Shown: in pieces, positions 1-9,794 of the stretch
Layout of the letters: every line of letters begins with the position of its first letter
Numbering within the stretch: position 1 is the stretch's first letter
Source of the DNA: Thalassotalea sp.
Lineage (GTDB): Bacteria > Pseudomonadota > Gammaproteobacteria > Enterobacterales > Alteromonadaceae
Length of the DNA stretch: 64,000 nucleotides
Assembly (NCBI GenBank): GCA_042091375.1
Contig: JBELHO010000003.1
Coordinates: forward strand, 27,659-91,658
Direction of reading: 5' to 3'
Translations under genes and position numbers: made by a program
The notes under the pieces: generated by a model
What the model saw: only the letters and a program-made list of their open reading frames with translations
Database searches by the model: none
What the model was told of the DNA's origin: nothing

Positions 1-1236
1 GCGATCGTTGGCGGTGAAGGATATTTCTTCGGTGAGGCGTTCCATCATGGTGTGCAGTCGACGAGCACCTATGTTTTCGGTTGTTTCATTGACTTGCCAA
101 GCGGCATTAGCAATGGCCTCAATGCCGTCTTCACTGAATGAAATATTCACTGACTCAGTGGCCATTAAGGCAATGTATTGCTCTGTTAAAGAGGCATTAG
201 GCTCAGTGAGAATACGCACAAAATCTTCGGTGGTTAGAGCCTTTAACTCAACCCTGATCGGCAAACGACCTTGTAACTCCGGGATCAAGTCAGAAGGCTT
301 AGCCATTTGAAAAGCACCCGAGGTAATGAATAAAATATGGTCGGTTTTTATCATGCCGTGTTTAGTGGTGATCGTTGACCCTTCAACTAAAGGTAACAAA
401 TCACGTTGCACGCCTTCGCGAGAAACATCTGGTCCTGAGCTGTCACCTCGTTTGCAAATCTTGTCAATTTCATCAATAAAAACAATGCCGTTTTGCTCTA
501 CTGATTCTAGTGCTTTGGCTTTAATATCTTCTTGGTTAACAATTTTACCTGCTTCTTCCTCTTGCAATGCTTTAAAAGCGTCAGTGATTTTCAATTTGCG
601 TTTATTGGTTTTTTCACTGGTGATATTTTGAAACATGTTTTGCAACTGTGAAGTCATGTCCTCCATTCCCGGTGGTGACATAATTTCTATTCCTACTTGC
701 GGTGCAGCAATATCTAACTCTATCTCCTTGTCATCCAATTGCCCCTCGCGTAATTTTTTTCTGAAAATTTGCCGAGTATTGCTATTGTCTGTGCTACCGC
801 CAGAGTTAAAATCATCTTTAGGTTGAGGCAGTAGTACATCCAGAATCCGCTCTTCTGCGGCTTCTTCGGCCAAGTGTTTGACCCTGGCCATTTCTTGCTC
901 TTTAGTCATTTTAAACGCGATATCAGCTAGATCGCGTATGATTGTTTCAACTTCTTTACCAACATAACCGACTTCAGTAAATTTGGTGGCTTCTACCTTG
1001 ATAAAAGGTGAATTGGCCAGTTTTGCTAAACGACGGGCAATTTCTGTTTTACCAACACCGGTTGGGCCGATCATTAAGATATTTTTGGGAGTAACTTCGT
1101 TGCGTAACTCTTCGCTTAGCTGCATGCGCCGCCAACGATTTCTCAAGGCAATAGCAACAGCGCGTTTGGCATCGTTTTGACCAACAATGTGGTTATCTAA
1201 TTCGTGAACTATTTCACGTGGAGTCATATTTGACAT
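1..1236 (-). CDS. hslU: ATP-dependent protease ATPase subunit HslU (3' end runs off window start)
   Basis: It is not in the ORF track because it has no stop inside the window. Reverse-strand translation from ATG 1236 reads [40 protein letters not shown]...[41 protein letters not shown], with a Walker A motif. It starts 23 nt downstream of hslV. All plus-strand ORFs at 8-1180 are antisense artefacts. Confidence 0.95.
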   Translation of the reverse strand, partial: MSNMTPREIVHELDNHIVGQNDAKRAVAIALRNRWRRMQLSEELRNEVTPKNILMIGPTGVGKTEIARRLAKLANSPFIKVEATKFTEVGYVGKEVETIIRDLADIAFKMTKEQEMARVKHLAEEAAEERILDVLLPQPKDDFNSGGSTDNSNTRQIFRKKLREGQLDDKEIELDIAAPQVGIEIMSPPGMEDMTSQLQNMFQNITSEKTNKRKLKITDAFKALQEEEAGKIVNQEDIKAKALESVEQNGIVFIDEIDKICKRGDSSGPDVSREGVQRDLLPLVEGSTITTKHGMIKTDHILFITSGAFQMAKPSDLIPELQGRLPIRVELKALTTEDFVRILTEPNASLTEQYIALMATESVNISFSEDGIEAIANAAWQVNETTENIGARRLHTMMERLTEEISFTANDR

Positions 1237-1259
1237 CTTTGCTTCCTTAATGACGGCGT

Positions 1260-1778
1260 TTAAAGTTCATCAATGGTTTGTTGCTGGTTAGTATAAACAC
1301 ATATATCACCGGCAATAGTTAACGACTTTTCAACAATATCTCTTGCCGATAAATCGGTATTTTCAAGTAAGGCAGTGGCTGCTGATTGGGCATAATTTCC
1401 GCCGCTGCCAATAGCAATTAAATCGTGCTCAGGCTGAACTACGTCGCCGTTACCTGTGATGATCAACGACGTTGTCTGATCTGCAACTGCTAGTAGGGCT
1501 TCAAGCTTGCGCAAGGCGCGATCGCTTCGCCAGTCTTTAGCAAGTTCAACTGCGGCTTTAGTTAAATGCCCTTGATATTGCTCTAATTTACTTTCAAATC
1601 GTTCGAATAAGGTAAATGCATCAGCTGTGCCTCCGGCAAAGCCCGCAAGTACTTGATCGTTATAAAGCCTACGTACTTTTTTAGCATTGCCTTTCATCAC
1701 CGTATTACCTAGTGATACTTGTCCATCTCCACCAATAGCGACTTTACCGTTGCGTCTAACGGATACAATAGTTGTCAT
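1260..1778 (-). CDS. hslV: ATP-dependent protease subunit HslV
   Basis: 172 aa. The N-terminus [39 protein letters not shown] carries the Thr2 nucleophile. The hslVU gene order is conserved. Confidence 0.96.
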   Translation of the reverse strand: MTTIVSVRRNGKVAIGGDGQVSLGNTVMKGNAKKVRRLYNDQVLAGFAGGTADAFTLFERFESKLEQYQGHLTKAAVELAKDWRSDRALRKLEALLAVADQTTSLIITGNGDVVQPEHDLIAIGSGGNYAQSAATALLENTDLSARDIVEKSLTIAGDICVYTNQQQTIDEL

Positions 1779-2057
1779 AGATTAACCTCAAAAATTATTG
1801 TCAATAAATAGTTACCGACAGCTACAATAACCAATTAAGTTCACTGCACATGAATGTTTGGCGAACCTTAACTACACTATTGCTGGGTATTTATTGTAAA
1901 GAGAGAATGCTTTTTCTGCAGTCATAACTTGCCATTTGAACAATCAAACGCATGAGTTACGTGAACTGAAAAAGTGATACGTCTCTGTACCTAAAGGTAC
2001 AAAATTCAATTTTCATTTCGTACATAAATTGGCATTGTATTAATGCCTGAGTATATT

Positions 2058-2086
2058 AAATAGGGATGTTTATAGACTTTTCAAGG
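2058..2086 (-). promoter_or_regulatory. Candidate sigma-32 (heat-shock) promoter for hslVU
   Basis: The reverse complement reads CCTTGAAAA-N12-CCCTATTT, against the consensus CTTGAAA-N13-17-CCCCATNT. It lies directly after the ftsN stop and about 270 nt upstream of the hslV ATG. Confidence 0.4.
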
Positions 2087-2098
2087 AACAGTCGCTAA

Positions 2099-2659
2099 TT
2101 AATTCCAGCCCCAGATTTGGCAGGTAGTGATATTGTTACTGCTCAATTGATGTTTATCTTTTTCTGCTTGGCGTTTTTTTTCATAGGGGCCTAGATATAC
2201 TTTATACCAAGTACCATTAGTGCCTTTAGCTGAGCTAATTTGCGCAGATAAGCCGGCAAAGGCAATCGTCGCTTTCATCACTTCTGCTTGTTTTTGCGTT
2301 TTAAAAGAACCACATTGCATCTTATAAGGGCCTTTATTGACCACATCGTATTGACTTTCTTCTACTTGTTTAGATTTTAGATGTTCGATGTATTGCCACT
2401 TCTCTTGCGGCGGGCTAGGTAATTCAACAGCAGGTTGATGTTTAATGACTGCTTTGCTGTTTGGTATTTTAGTGCTGGAATGCTGGTTTTTAATTGACCA
2501 CAAAAAATAACCAAAAGCACCTATAGCTAGTATAGTCATTGCACCAATAATTTTAATTTTGATCGGCATTAACGGCTTTTGTTGTGTCGATTTTTTTTTG
2601 TATGGATTATGCTTTTTTTTCGATGCGCGAGGTCGTGAAACGTAATCTTGATGAGCCAT
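2099..2659 (-). CDS. ftsN: Cell division protein FtsN (short form, SPOR domain)
   Basis: 186 aa with a basic N-terminus, one TM segment (IIGAMTILAIGAFGYFLW) and a C-terminal SPOR-like domain (YKMQCGSFKTQKQAEVMKATIAFAGL...WYKVYLGPY). It sits in the conserved priA-ftsN-hslVU position. Confidence 0.8.
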   Translation of the reverse strand: MAHQDYVSRPRASKKKHNPYKKKSTQQKPLMPIKIKIIGAMTILAIGAFGYFLWSIKNQHSSTKIPNSKAVIKHQPAVELPSPPQEKWQYIEHLKSKQVEESQYDVVNKGPYKMQCGSFKTQKQAEVMKATIAFAGLSAQISSAKGTNGTWYKVYLGPYEKKRQAEKDKHQLSSNNITTCQIWGWN

Positions 2660-2762
2660 GTTGGGGACCGCAAATTAAATCAATAACTATAAATATAAGG
2701 TTATTTTAACTAAGTTGATGACAAATAACACGCGATAAAGTTGATATTAACTATTGTCAATA

Positions 2763-4982
2763 TCACCAACTTAAATCGATGGGATCAATGTCAATTGACC
2801 AGCGCAATTTATGATGCAGTTTTTGTTGCTCAACAGCGGCAATGATCAAGCGCATATTCCGGTGTAAATGTGCCCGCGAATTGGCTTGAATAACTAGATG
2901 GAAACGGTATTTTCCTGCTTTCTTTTCCATAGCCGCAGGCATTGGCCCAATGAACTGGCCATGGCTGATCGGCAGTTGTATTATTTGCTGTAAAAATTTT
3001 TCAGGATAAGAGGGATAGTTTGCTTCTGCTCTTATTAATGCCTGAAAGCTAAATGGTGGTAACGGGATAATACTTCGTTCGTTTAATGCTTGCCTAGCAA
3101 AATGTGAATAACCGTTGTGAACTAAGTCTTGTAGTAAAGGGTGTTGTGGATAATTGGTTTGTATCAATACTTGCCCTGGTTTACTCTCGCGCCCAGCTCG
3201 ACCAGCAACTTGTACTAACAACTGTGCCATGTTCTCTGCTGCCCGAAAATCATAGCTAAATAATGCTCCGTCAACATCTAACATGGCTACTGTGGTGACA
3301 TTGGGAAAGTGGTGACCTTTGGCTAGCATCTGTGTACCAATTAAAATTTGATGTTCATTGGCATTGATCTGCTGTAGTAATTTATTGAGTTGACCTTTGC
3401 GACGAGTACTGTCTCGGTCAATACGAACTATGCTGTGCGTCGCGAACAAGCTGGTTAAATGTTCTTCAATTTGTTCAGTGCCTTGTCCTACCGGGCTAAT
3501 ATTAACGCTATGGCAACTGGGACATTGACTGGGTACTGGTTGAAAATTAGCACAGTGATGGCAGATTAATAGGCCTTGTTGACGGTGTAATGTATATGGT
3601 TTATCACACCGTTGACAGTGAGCAACCCAGTGACATTGGTCACATTCAATTGCCGGTGCATAACCGCGTCGATTGAGAAATATCAGTACTTGCTCGCCCC
3701 GTTGCAAGGTGTTTGCAATAGCCTCTCTAAGGGGGGAGGACAAGCCAAGACTCGCTGGGTGTTCAGTGGTATTAATCAATGACATTTTTGCTGGTTTACT
3801 ATTGCCAGCTCTGCTGTTTAATCTGTGGTGGCAATAGCTCTTTTGTTGCGCATTGTGTAACGATTCAAAGCTTGGTGTGGCACTGCCTAATACGATCGGA
3901 ATATTGAGTTGTTTAGCCCTGATCAGTGCAACATCACGGCCGTGATAGCGAAAATTATCTTGTTGCTTAAACGAACTGTCATGCTCTTCATCAACGATAA
4001 TTAAGCCTAACTGGGCAAGTGGAGTAAATACCGCTGATCGCGTACCTATCACAATGGCAGCGTTGCCCTGCAATGCATTGCGCCATGTTTGGTATCGCTC
4101 GCGATCATTTAATCCAGAGTGGTGCAAGAAAATAGGGACATTGAAACGCTGTTCAAAGCGAGATAATGTCTGCGGCGTTAAGCCAATTTCTGGCACCAGG
4201 ACTAACACTTGTCGGTCTTGAATTAATACCTTTTCCATGGTTTGTAAATAGACTTCGGTTTTGCCGCTTCCAGTGATGCCCTCAACTAAATGACAAATAT
4301 ATTGGTCAAGTGAATTGGTTATTGCCGAAACAATAACGGCTTGTTCAGTTGATAAATGATGTTTATCTGATGCATTTAAATTATCTGCTTGCCAGCGATA
4401 GCGGTCAATCTCAGCAACTTTTTGCTCGATAAGTCCCCTTGATGCTAAGGCATTTAATTGGCTTGTAGTAAAACCTAATGTGCGGATTTCAACTGCGCTT
4501 AATTTAGGGTGGGCGTCGATCAATTGATATAGAGCTCTTTGCTTATGCGCAGATTTTGCTATCGTGTTTGGTACGCCATTAGTAGCAGTGCTGTCGATTT
4601 GTTCAACCACAAGCCAATACATCATTACCGGTATTTCAGGTGTTTTTGCTTGCCGCAATAACACAGGTAAAGCTTGTTGAAATACTTCGCCTATGGGGTG
4701 GTGGTAGTAGTCTGCGCACAGTGTTAATAACTTGAGTAGCGATTTAGGAAAATGATCTGCCGATTTTATTTGGCTAAGTATCGGTTTAATTTTATCAGTT
4801 GGTATAGCTGATTGTTCATCTATCGCAAGGATAATTCCTATGACTTTTCGATTAGCAAAATTAACTAATACCCGCTGACCGATAACCAATTCTTCTGGAA
4901 AGTGAGAACTTGACACCGCGTAAGTAAATAGTTGGCGCATTGGCACAGGAATGGCAACTTGTAAATAGTGAACTTTTGACAC
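2763..4982 (-). CDS. priA: Primosomal protein N' (replication restart helicase PriA)
   Basis: 739 aa. It has a helicase motif I (GITGSGKTEVY), a DEEH box and a Cys-rich zinc-binding insert (CDQCHW..CQRCD..CHHC..CPSC). Confidence 0.95.
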   Translation of the reverse strand: MSKVHYLQVAIPVPMRQLFTYAVSSSHFPEELVIGQRVLVNFANRKVIGIILAIDEQSAIPTDKIKPILSQIKSADHFPKSLLKLLTLCADYYHHPIGEVFQQALPVLLRQAKTPEIPVMMYWLVVEQIDSTATNGVPNTIAKSAHKQRALYQLIDAHPKLSAVEIRTLGFTTSQLNALASRGLIEQKVAEIDRYRWQADNLNASDKHHLSTEQAVIVSAITNSLDQYICHLVEGITGSGKTEVYLQTMEKVLIQDRQVLVLVPEIGLTPQTLSRFEQRFNVPIFLHHSGLNDRERYQTWRNALQGNAAIVIGTRSAVFTPLAQLGLIIVDEEHDSSFKQQDNFRYHGRDVALIRAKQLNIPIVLGSATPSFESLHNAQQKSYCHHRLNSRAGNSKPAKMSLINTTEHPASLGLSSPLREAIANTLQRGEQVLIFLNRRGYAPAIECDQCHWVAHCQRCDKPYTLHRQQGLLICHHCANFQPVPSQCPSCHSVNISPVGQGTEQIEEHLTSLFATHSIVRIDRDSTRRKGQLNKLLQQINANEHQILIGTQMLAKGHHFPNVTTVAMLDVDGALFSYDFRAAENMAQLLVQVAGRAGRESKPGQVLIQTNYPQHPLLQDLVHNGYSHFARQALNERSIIPLPPFSFQALIRAEANYPSYPEKFLQQIIQLPISHGQFIGPMPAAMEKKAGKYRFHLVIQANSRAHLHRNMRLIIAAVEQQKLHHKLRWSIDIDPIDLSW

Positions 4983-5206
4983 ATCGACCTGTTTATAAAT
5001 AAAGTTGGTTTATTTTGACTGTTTCAACCAGTGATGTCCAAGAGAAAGGTTGGTTTTTGATAAAATTGGTTATTTATTTACCATATGGGCTTGCCTTGAC
5101 TACCGTGATAACTTATCATTCGCCACCATTATTTTTTAACTCGTATGGTGCTTAGCAGAAAATACTAGCTGACTAAGTGGCGATACGGCCTTATACAGAG
5201 GTTTCC

Positions 5207-5419
5207 ATGAAAAACACGATCCACCCTAAATACGTTGAAATTAAAGCTACTTGCTCATGTGGTAACGTTATCACTACACGTTCAACCCGAGGCAAAGATA
5301 TCCACTTAGATGTATGCTCATCTTGCCACCCTTTTTACACAGGTAAGCAAAAAGCCGCTGAAACTGGCGGGCGTGTAGACAAATTTAACAAGCGTTTCGG
5401 TGCGTTAAGTAAGAAGTAA
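5207..5419 (+). CDS. rpmE: 50S ribosomal protein L31 (Zn-ribbon C+ form)
   Basis: 70 aa from ATG 5207, with an AGAGG SD at 5197-5201; the track ORF starts at an upstream GTG. The sequence [20 protein letters not shown]...[13 protein letters not shown] contains four Cys. Confidence 0.95.
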   Translation: MKNTIHPKYVEIKATCSCGNVITTRSTRGKDIHLDVCSSCHPFYTGKQKAAETGGRVDKFNKRFGALSKK

Positions 5420-5452
5420 TCTTATATTTTATCATTCAACCGATGTTTGTAT

Positions 5453-5476
5453 AAAAGCGCCTCTGGGCGCTTTTTT
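5453..5476 (+). terminator. Rho-independent terminator of rpmE
   Basis: Stem AAAAGCGCC, loop TCTG, stem GGCGCTTTT, followed by a T-run. Confidence 0.85.
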
Positions 5477-5611
5477 AATTATTGTAGACAATAATGTCTT
5501 TGAGATTGTTGGCATGTCATCGCTTTTTTCACAATAATCAAAGCTTGTTTGAACCGTCATAGCTAGTTATGCTAGATCCCCTATTGTTATAATCTGCTAT
5601 AGTGCTTATTT

Positions 5612-6151
5612 ATGAAGCCTATTTATTTTTGTTTTGTGTTGCTGTTATGCGCTGCAATTAGCGCTTGTAGTGTAAAAAACACCTTAAACGTTCGATTCAA
5701 TAAAAATTTTAATTTTTCATCTATGCATTCTTATAGTACCTTCGAACGCAACTCAACTTTTAGTGATATTCAAAGTATTAACTATACAATGCGCAATAGT
5801 ATTGAAATAGCTATTGAGCAAATTCTTGATAAAAAAGGCCTTCACTATAAAAGCCAAACTAATGCCGATGTAACTGTTGGCTATTATCTGATTGATAACA
5901 ATGCTGCGCAGCTAAAGGACTATGATCAAACAGTAAAGTACTGTCAGCCTTGTTTATCATGGTTAAACCCGCAAACAGAGCAATGGCGATTACTTCCGGG
6001 CAGTATACTGATCGATATCATTAGCAATAAAGATCAGCGCTCTGTATGGCGAAGTGTACTTCCGCTTAATATCAAAGAAAATGATAACAGCAAGGAAATT
6101 CAGTTTAAAATTAATCTGGCGCTAGAGACTATGTTTGATAAGTTGCCTTGA
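5612..6151 (+). CDS. Hypothetical lipoprotein (DUF4136-like)
   Basis: 179 aa with signal peptide plus lipobox LLLCAAISAC|S. An extended -10 (TGTTATAAT) lies about 20 nt upstream. The family assignment is from memory of DUF4136 architecture only. Confidence 0.6.
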   Translation: MKPIYFCFVLLLCAAISACSVKNTLNVRFNKNFNFSSMHSYSTFERNSTFSDIQSINYTMRNSIEIAIEQILDKKGLHYKSQTNADVTVGYYLIDNNAAQLKDYDQTVKYCQPCLSWLNPQTEQWRLLPGSILIDIISNKDQRSVWRSVLPLNIKENDNSKEIQFKINLALETMFDKLP

Positions 6152-6206
6152 CAATAGGCCTATACCTAAAACTCTTTTACGGTTAGGCATGCTTGGAAAA
6201 TAAATT

Positions 6207-6800
6207 ATGTTTAAATGGCTTGCTATTTCAGCAACAGTGTTAATGATGTTTCTGGCTATTTTGTTGGCACTTGGTTATTTTTTACAACAAAATGAAAAGA
6301 CCACTAAGGCGTTAAAGCAGCAGTTTGATCAACAACGTCTGGCCAGATTAAAAATCAATCAAAAAATACATAGTAGTCCAATAATTAACCGCGTATCAGA
6401 AAGTAATGCATCACAAAGCAGCGAAGCTGAAAGTAGTGCATCACAAAGCAGTGCATCAGTTAACAATCGATCTGTTAATGCAGCATCAGCAAACATTGAG
6501 ATTGAAATTGTTGATAATGACATGGACGATGCACTTATACCTGATGAGCACAATAGAGCAGACCAACCAATGGGTTTGCAGCAACAGATTATTGCCGAAA
6601 ACTTGATCTGTGTCACTGATGCACAATGTGTTGCCTTTAACGCTGACAAAAACCAAGATAACTGTTACCTAGCTGTCAATAGCATAGGCGCGGCTAAATT
6701 GTCAAAAATACAGGGTTTTAAACAGACTAACCAGCAATGTTTAACTAAGCAGGATGAGGTTTTAGTCAAATGCATAAAAAATTTATGTACTCTAGATTAA
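6207..6800 (+). CDS. Hypothetical membrane-anchored protein with Ser/Ala-rich repeat and Cys-rich C-terminal domain
   Basis: 197 aa. It has an N-terminal TM segment (WLAISATVLMMFLAILLALGYFL), a low-complexity SESNASQSSEAESSASQSSASVNN stretch and 6 Cys in the last ~70 aa. I recognise no family. Confidence 0.55.
   Translation: MFKWLAISATVLMMFLAILLALGYFLQQNEKTTKALKQQFDQQRLARLKINQKIHSSPIINRVSESNASQSSEAESSASQSSASVNNRSVNAASANIEIEIVDNDMDDALIPDEHNRADQPMGLQQQIIAENLICVTDAQCVAFNADKNQDNCYLAVNSIGAAKLSKIQGFKQTNQQCLTKQDEVLVKCIKNLCTLD
6399..6452 (+). repeat. In-frame 30-bp tandem duplication (1.8 copies) inside CDS 6207-6800
   Basis: GAAAGTAATGCATCACAAAGCAGC at 6399 is repeated as GAAAGTAGTGCATCACAAAGCAGT at 6429. 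Confidence 0.8.
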
Positions 6801-6909
6801 GCGTGATCAGACAGTCAGTATGCTAAGTTCCTTGCGCATTACTGCACTATTAATTTACATTACTATTAAATTACAACATCGATGTTTATAATCTTCCTTT
6901 ATATTCTAA

Positions 6910-7248
6910 ATGGCAGTAATTTTTATGACATATCCCAATGATGAAACTGGTCAAGTGCTGACAGAAATGCAAGAAGCAGGCATAGATCTTAGCATTATAC
7001 ATCCCATCGTATTTTTTCAATTATTTGAAAATAAACAACAAGCGCAGGCGATGGCTGATCATCTTGCTGAAAAAGCGCCAGATATGTTGATATCTTTGCA
7101 CCCCGATCAAATCCCAAATGTTTGGGATCTCGATTGCACAGTCAATATGTTACCAGATCACAGTGCAATTTTGGCTCAGGAAGCGCAATTTGCGCAAATC
7201 GCGGCAAAATTCAATGGTTATAATGATGGTTGGGGAATTCAGACCTAG
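6910..7248 (+). CDS. RraB-like protein (regulator of ribonuclease activity B family)
   Basis: 112 aa (or 107 aa from ATG 6925). The acidic protein ends ...IAAKFNGYNDGWGIQT, resembling the E. coli RraB ...YDGWGT core. Confidence 0.6.
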   Translation: MAVIFMTYPNDETGQVLTEMQEAGIDLSIIHPIVFFQLFENKQQAQAMADHLAEKAPDMLISLHPDQIPNVWDLDCTVNMLPDHSAILAQEAQFAQIAAKFNGYNDGWGIQT

Positions 7249-7334
7249 GCAGTGTTCTGCAATTCTTGACTGATTTAGAATCAACCAACTATTTTTTGAC
7301 GAAAGTAGGTATCAGTTGAGCTGCTTAGGGTAAG

Positions 7335-7973
7335 TTACTTATATTTATCTTCTGGTTCTTCAAGTTGAAATGCAGGCAAAGAAACCTGCCAATATATTGC
7401 CGCCAAACGCAATTTTAGCGCACCGGCAATGGCGCAAATGAGTGCGACATTTTCAGACCAGCCAATAGTGATAAATAACACATACAAACTGCCTCCCAAT
7501 ATAGCCGATGTTGCATATATTTCTTTGCGTAAAATCATTGGGATAACGTTACACAACACATCCCTTATCATTCCACCAGCGACACCAGTAATGGTCCCCA
7601 TGACGATAGCAATGGCCACAGGAACCCCGAGACTTACTGACTTGGCCGTACCTAAAACCGCGAATAGTGCTAAACCCAGGGCATCACTGAGCAATAAAAA
7701 TCGTTTGGGTATACGCTTGGGTTGACGGATAAATATGATAGTTAACAAGGCAGTGGCTAAAATTACGTACAAGTAGATCGGATTAATTAACCAAAATACC
7801 GGACTGTCTAATACCACATCTCTTATGGTGCCACCACCAATGGCGGTAACCATAGCCAAGACGACAACGCCAAACGGATCTAGTTTGTAACGTCCAGCCA
7901 TTAATGCTCCTGACAAAGAGAAAACAACGATGCCAAATAAATCAAGCCAGTACAATAGTTCAAACATACTCAA
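7335..7973 (-). CDS. TRIC/UPF0126 family membrane protein (YadS/YicG-like)
   Basis: 212 aa with two repeated Gly-rich UPF0126 motifs (AIGGGTIRDVVL and GVAGGMIRDVL) and about 7 TM segments. Confidence 0.8.
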   Translation of the reverse strand: MSMFELLYWLDLFGIVVFSLSGALMAGRYKLDPFGVVVLAMVTAIGGGTIRDVVLDSPVFWLINPIYLYVILATALLTIIFIRQPKRIPKRFLLLSDALGLALFAVLGTAKSVSLGVPVAIAIVMGTITGVAGGMIRDVLCNVIPMILRKEIYATSAILGGSLYVLFITIGWSENVALICAIAGALKLRLAAIYWQVSLPAFQLEEPEDKYK

Positions 7974-8008
7974 TCCTAAAACTAAAACCCTAAAAACATA
8001 CCTTGCGG

Positions 8009-8968
8009 TTACCTTGCTGCTATGAGCAGTAATAGGCTAAAAGACACTAACGCTAGCGCGAGACATTGTACCTTATAAATATGCTGAATAGCTTTGATGA
8101 TATCAGTTGCTTGCGGCTGCCTTCCACGATCATTAAAGCTAATACGACGCAGTTTATGTAATTTGTACATAGCAACGCCACCTAATTTTACTGTTAGAAT
8201 ATAAGCCAAATAATGGATAACAATATTGTTGTTGTTATGAAAAAAGTGTTTTTTGATCAGTCGCCAATAAAGGATAACTGAATGGTTCAACGTGACTAAA
8301 ATTTGTAATAACAAAAACAACCGCACTGGTAACCATTGTATAATTTTAACTACTTTATCAATGCTTTGACCAAAATTATAGTATTTGATTTGTTTGATAT
8401 TCCAACAGTAGTGCATTTCTAATAACAATCTAAAACACAATGCACTGAGCGAGCCAAACAATAAAAAAATAACCGCGACGACAAATTGTTGTTGAATAGT
8501 ACGCAGCAACAGCATTTCAATACAAGCTTTGTTAATACCAACCACGGATAATTGCTCAGTATCGCGCAATACCTGACTGGCGAGTAGTGTTTTAGCTTGG
8601 TATTTTTGGTTGGCATTGACAGATCTGACAATGTTTTTGCCAACAAGCTTTAAAGAAAATGCGCCTAAGGCCATATATAAAAGCAATGCATGCCAGATCA
8701 ATTCTATGGCGATCAGGGTTTCAAACAACCACAAGATAGTGATAATCGGCAATAGGGTGATCACTATGGCAACAGTCCCTGCTACTTGCTGTTGTTGTTG
8801 ACTGTTATTTGCATTATTGACTTTATCTGCCAAACGCAAACAATAGAAATTGAAAAATCGCAGTGGTTCATGGGGCGAGACCCTGTAAATAATGGCTTTA
8901 AGTAAGAGCACTAAACCCAGCAATACAATCTGTTGAGCTGAGTTTGGCCAATCAGTGAGCACGTTCAT
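8009..8968 (-). CDS. Divergent CobD/CbiB-family membrane protein
   Basis: 319 aa and polytopic. The central segment SQVLRDTEQLSVVGINKACIEMLL resembles the CbiB segment GRDTSQL..INRAVVETV. It lies next to mtnN, as I recall for Vibrio. Confidence 0.45.
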   Translation of the reverse strand: MNVLTDWPNSAQQIVLLGLVLLLKAIIYRVSPHEPLRFFNFYCLRLADKVNNANNSQQQQQVAGTVAIVITLLPIITILWLFETLIAIELIWHALLLYMALGAFSLKLVGKNIVRSVNANQKYQAKTLLASQVLRDTEQLSVVGINKACIEMLLLRTIQQQFVVAVIFLLFGSLSALCFRLLLEMHYCWNIKQIKYYNFGQSIDKVVKIIQWLPVRLFLLLQILVTLNHSVILYWRLIKKHFFHNNNNIVIHYLAYILTVKLGGVAMYKLHKLRRISFNDRGRQPQATDIIKAIQHIYKVQCLALALVSFSLLLLIAAR

Positions 8969-8987
8969 TACAAGGTGTTGTCTTTAG

Positions 8988-9704
8988 TTAAGTTAATAGA
9001 TTGGATTGATTTTTTAACTGATCTACCATCATTTCTACAAGCTGCGATGAATTTACTGCGGCTTTTTCTAAATAGGCTTCAAACGATGTTGGTGATTCTT
9101 TACCGGCAATATCGGATAGTGATCGTATGATCACAAAAGGTACATGTAAGTGCTGGCAGGTATGGGCTATCGCCGCACCTTCCATTTCGACTGCGGCCAT
9201 CTCAGGAAAATGCTTTCTAGCCTTGCTAATGTCTTCTGCTTTGGTCATGAAGGTATCGCCTGTGGTGATCAAGCCAACTATGCAGTTGATTTCACCGAGT
9301 GAGACAGCACTTGATTGAGCGGTATCGACTAACTGTGTATTGGCAGTATAAGCAGCTGGTTGGCTGGGTAACTGTCCTTGTTCATAACCAAAGGCGGTGA
9401 GGTCTACATCGTGGTAACGAACCTCTGAACTAATAACAATATCACCCACTTGTAAAGAGGGCTCAAAGCCACCGGCAGAGCCAGTATTGACCACATAATC
9501 AGGTTGAAATTTATCGATTAAAAACGCTGTTGCTAGGGCGGCTGCGACTTTGCCAATGCCAGATTGGACTATAACCACATCGCTGTCATTCAACTGGCCT
9601 TGATAAAAAGTGAATCCGTGGTGTGTAAGGGTTTTACAGTCAGTTAGTTTGTTTTTTAATATAGCGATTTCAGCTTCCATCGCACCAATAATACCGGCTC
9701 TCAT
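8988..9704 (-). CDS. mtnN: 5'-methylthioadenosine/S-adenosylhomocysteine nucleosidase
   Basis: 238 aa: MRAGIIGAMEAEIAILKNKL...VVNTGSAGG...VEMEGAAIA. Confidence 0.93.
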   Translation of the reverse strand: MRAGIIGAMEAEIAILKNKLTDCKTLTHHGFTFYQGQLNDSDVVIVQSGIGKVAAALATAFLIDKFQPDYVVNTGSAGGFEPSLQVGDIVISSEVRYHDVDLTAFGYEQGQLPSQPAAYTANTQLVDTAQSSAVSLGEINCIVGLITTGDTFMTKAEDISKARKHFPEMAAVEMEGAAIAHTCQHLHVPFVIIRSLSDIAGKESPTSFEAYLEKAAVNSSQLVEMMVDQLKNQSNLLT

Positions 9705-9794
9705 ACAAGTCCTCTTAAATAGTATAATAGACGAGCGGCATTATAGCGCATTAAACACAGTTGAACTGAGTTTAATGCGATTTAATTATTAAAT

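Noticed and set aside
8-1180. Four plus-strand ORFs (60-101 aa) at the window start
   Set aside because: They lie antisense to an uninterrupted minus-strand frame with unmistakable HslU sequence. They have no recognisable motifs or SD sequences.
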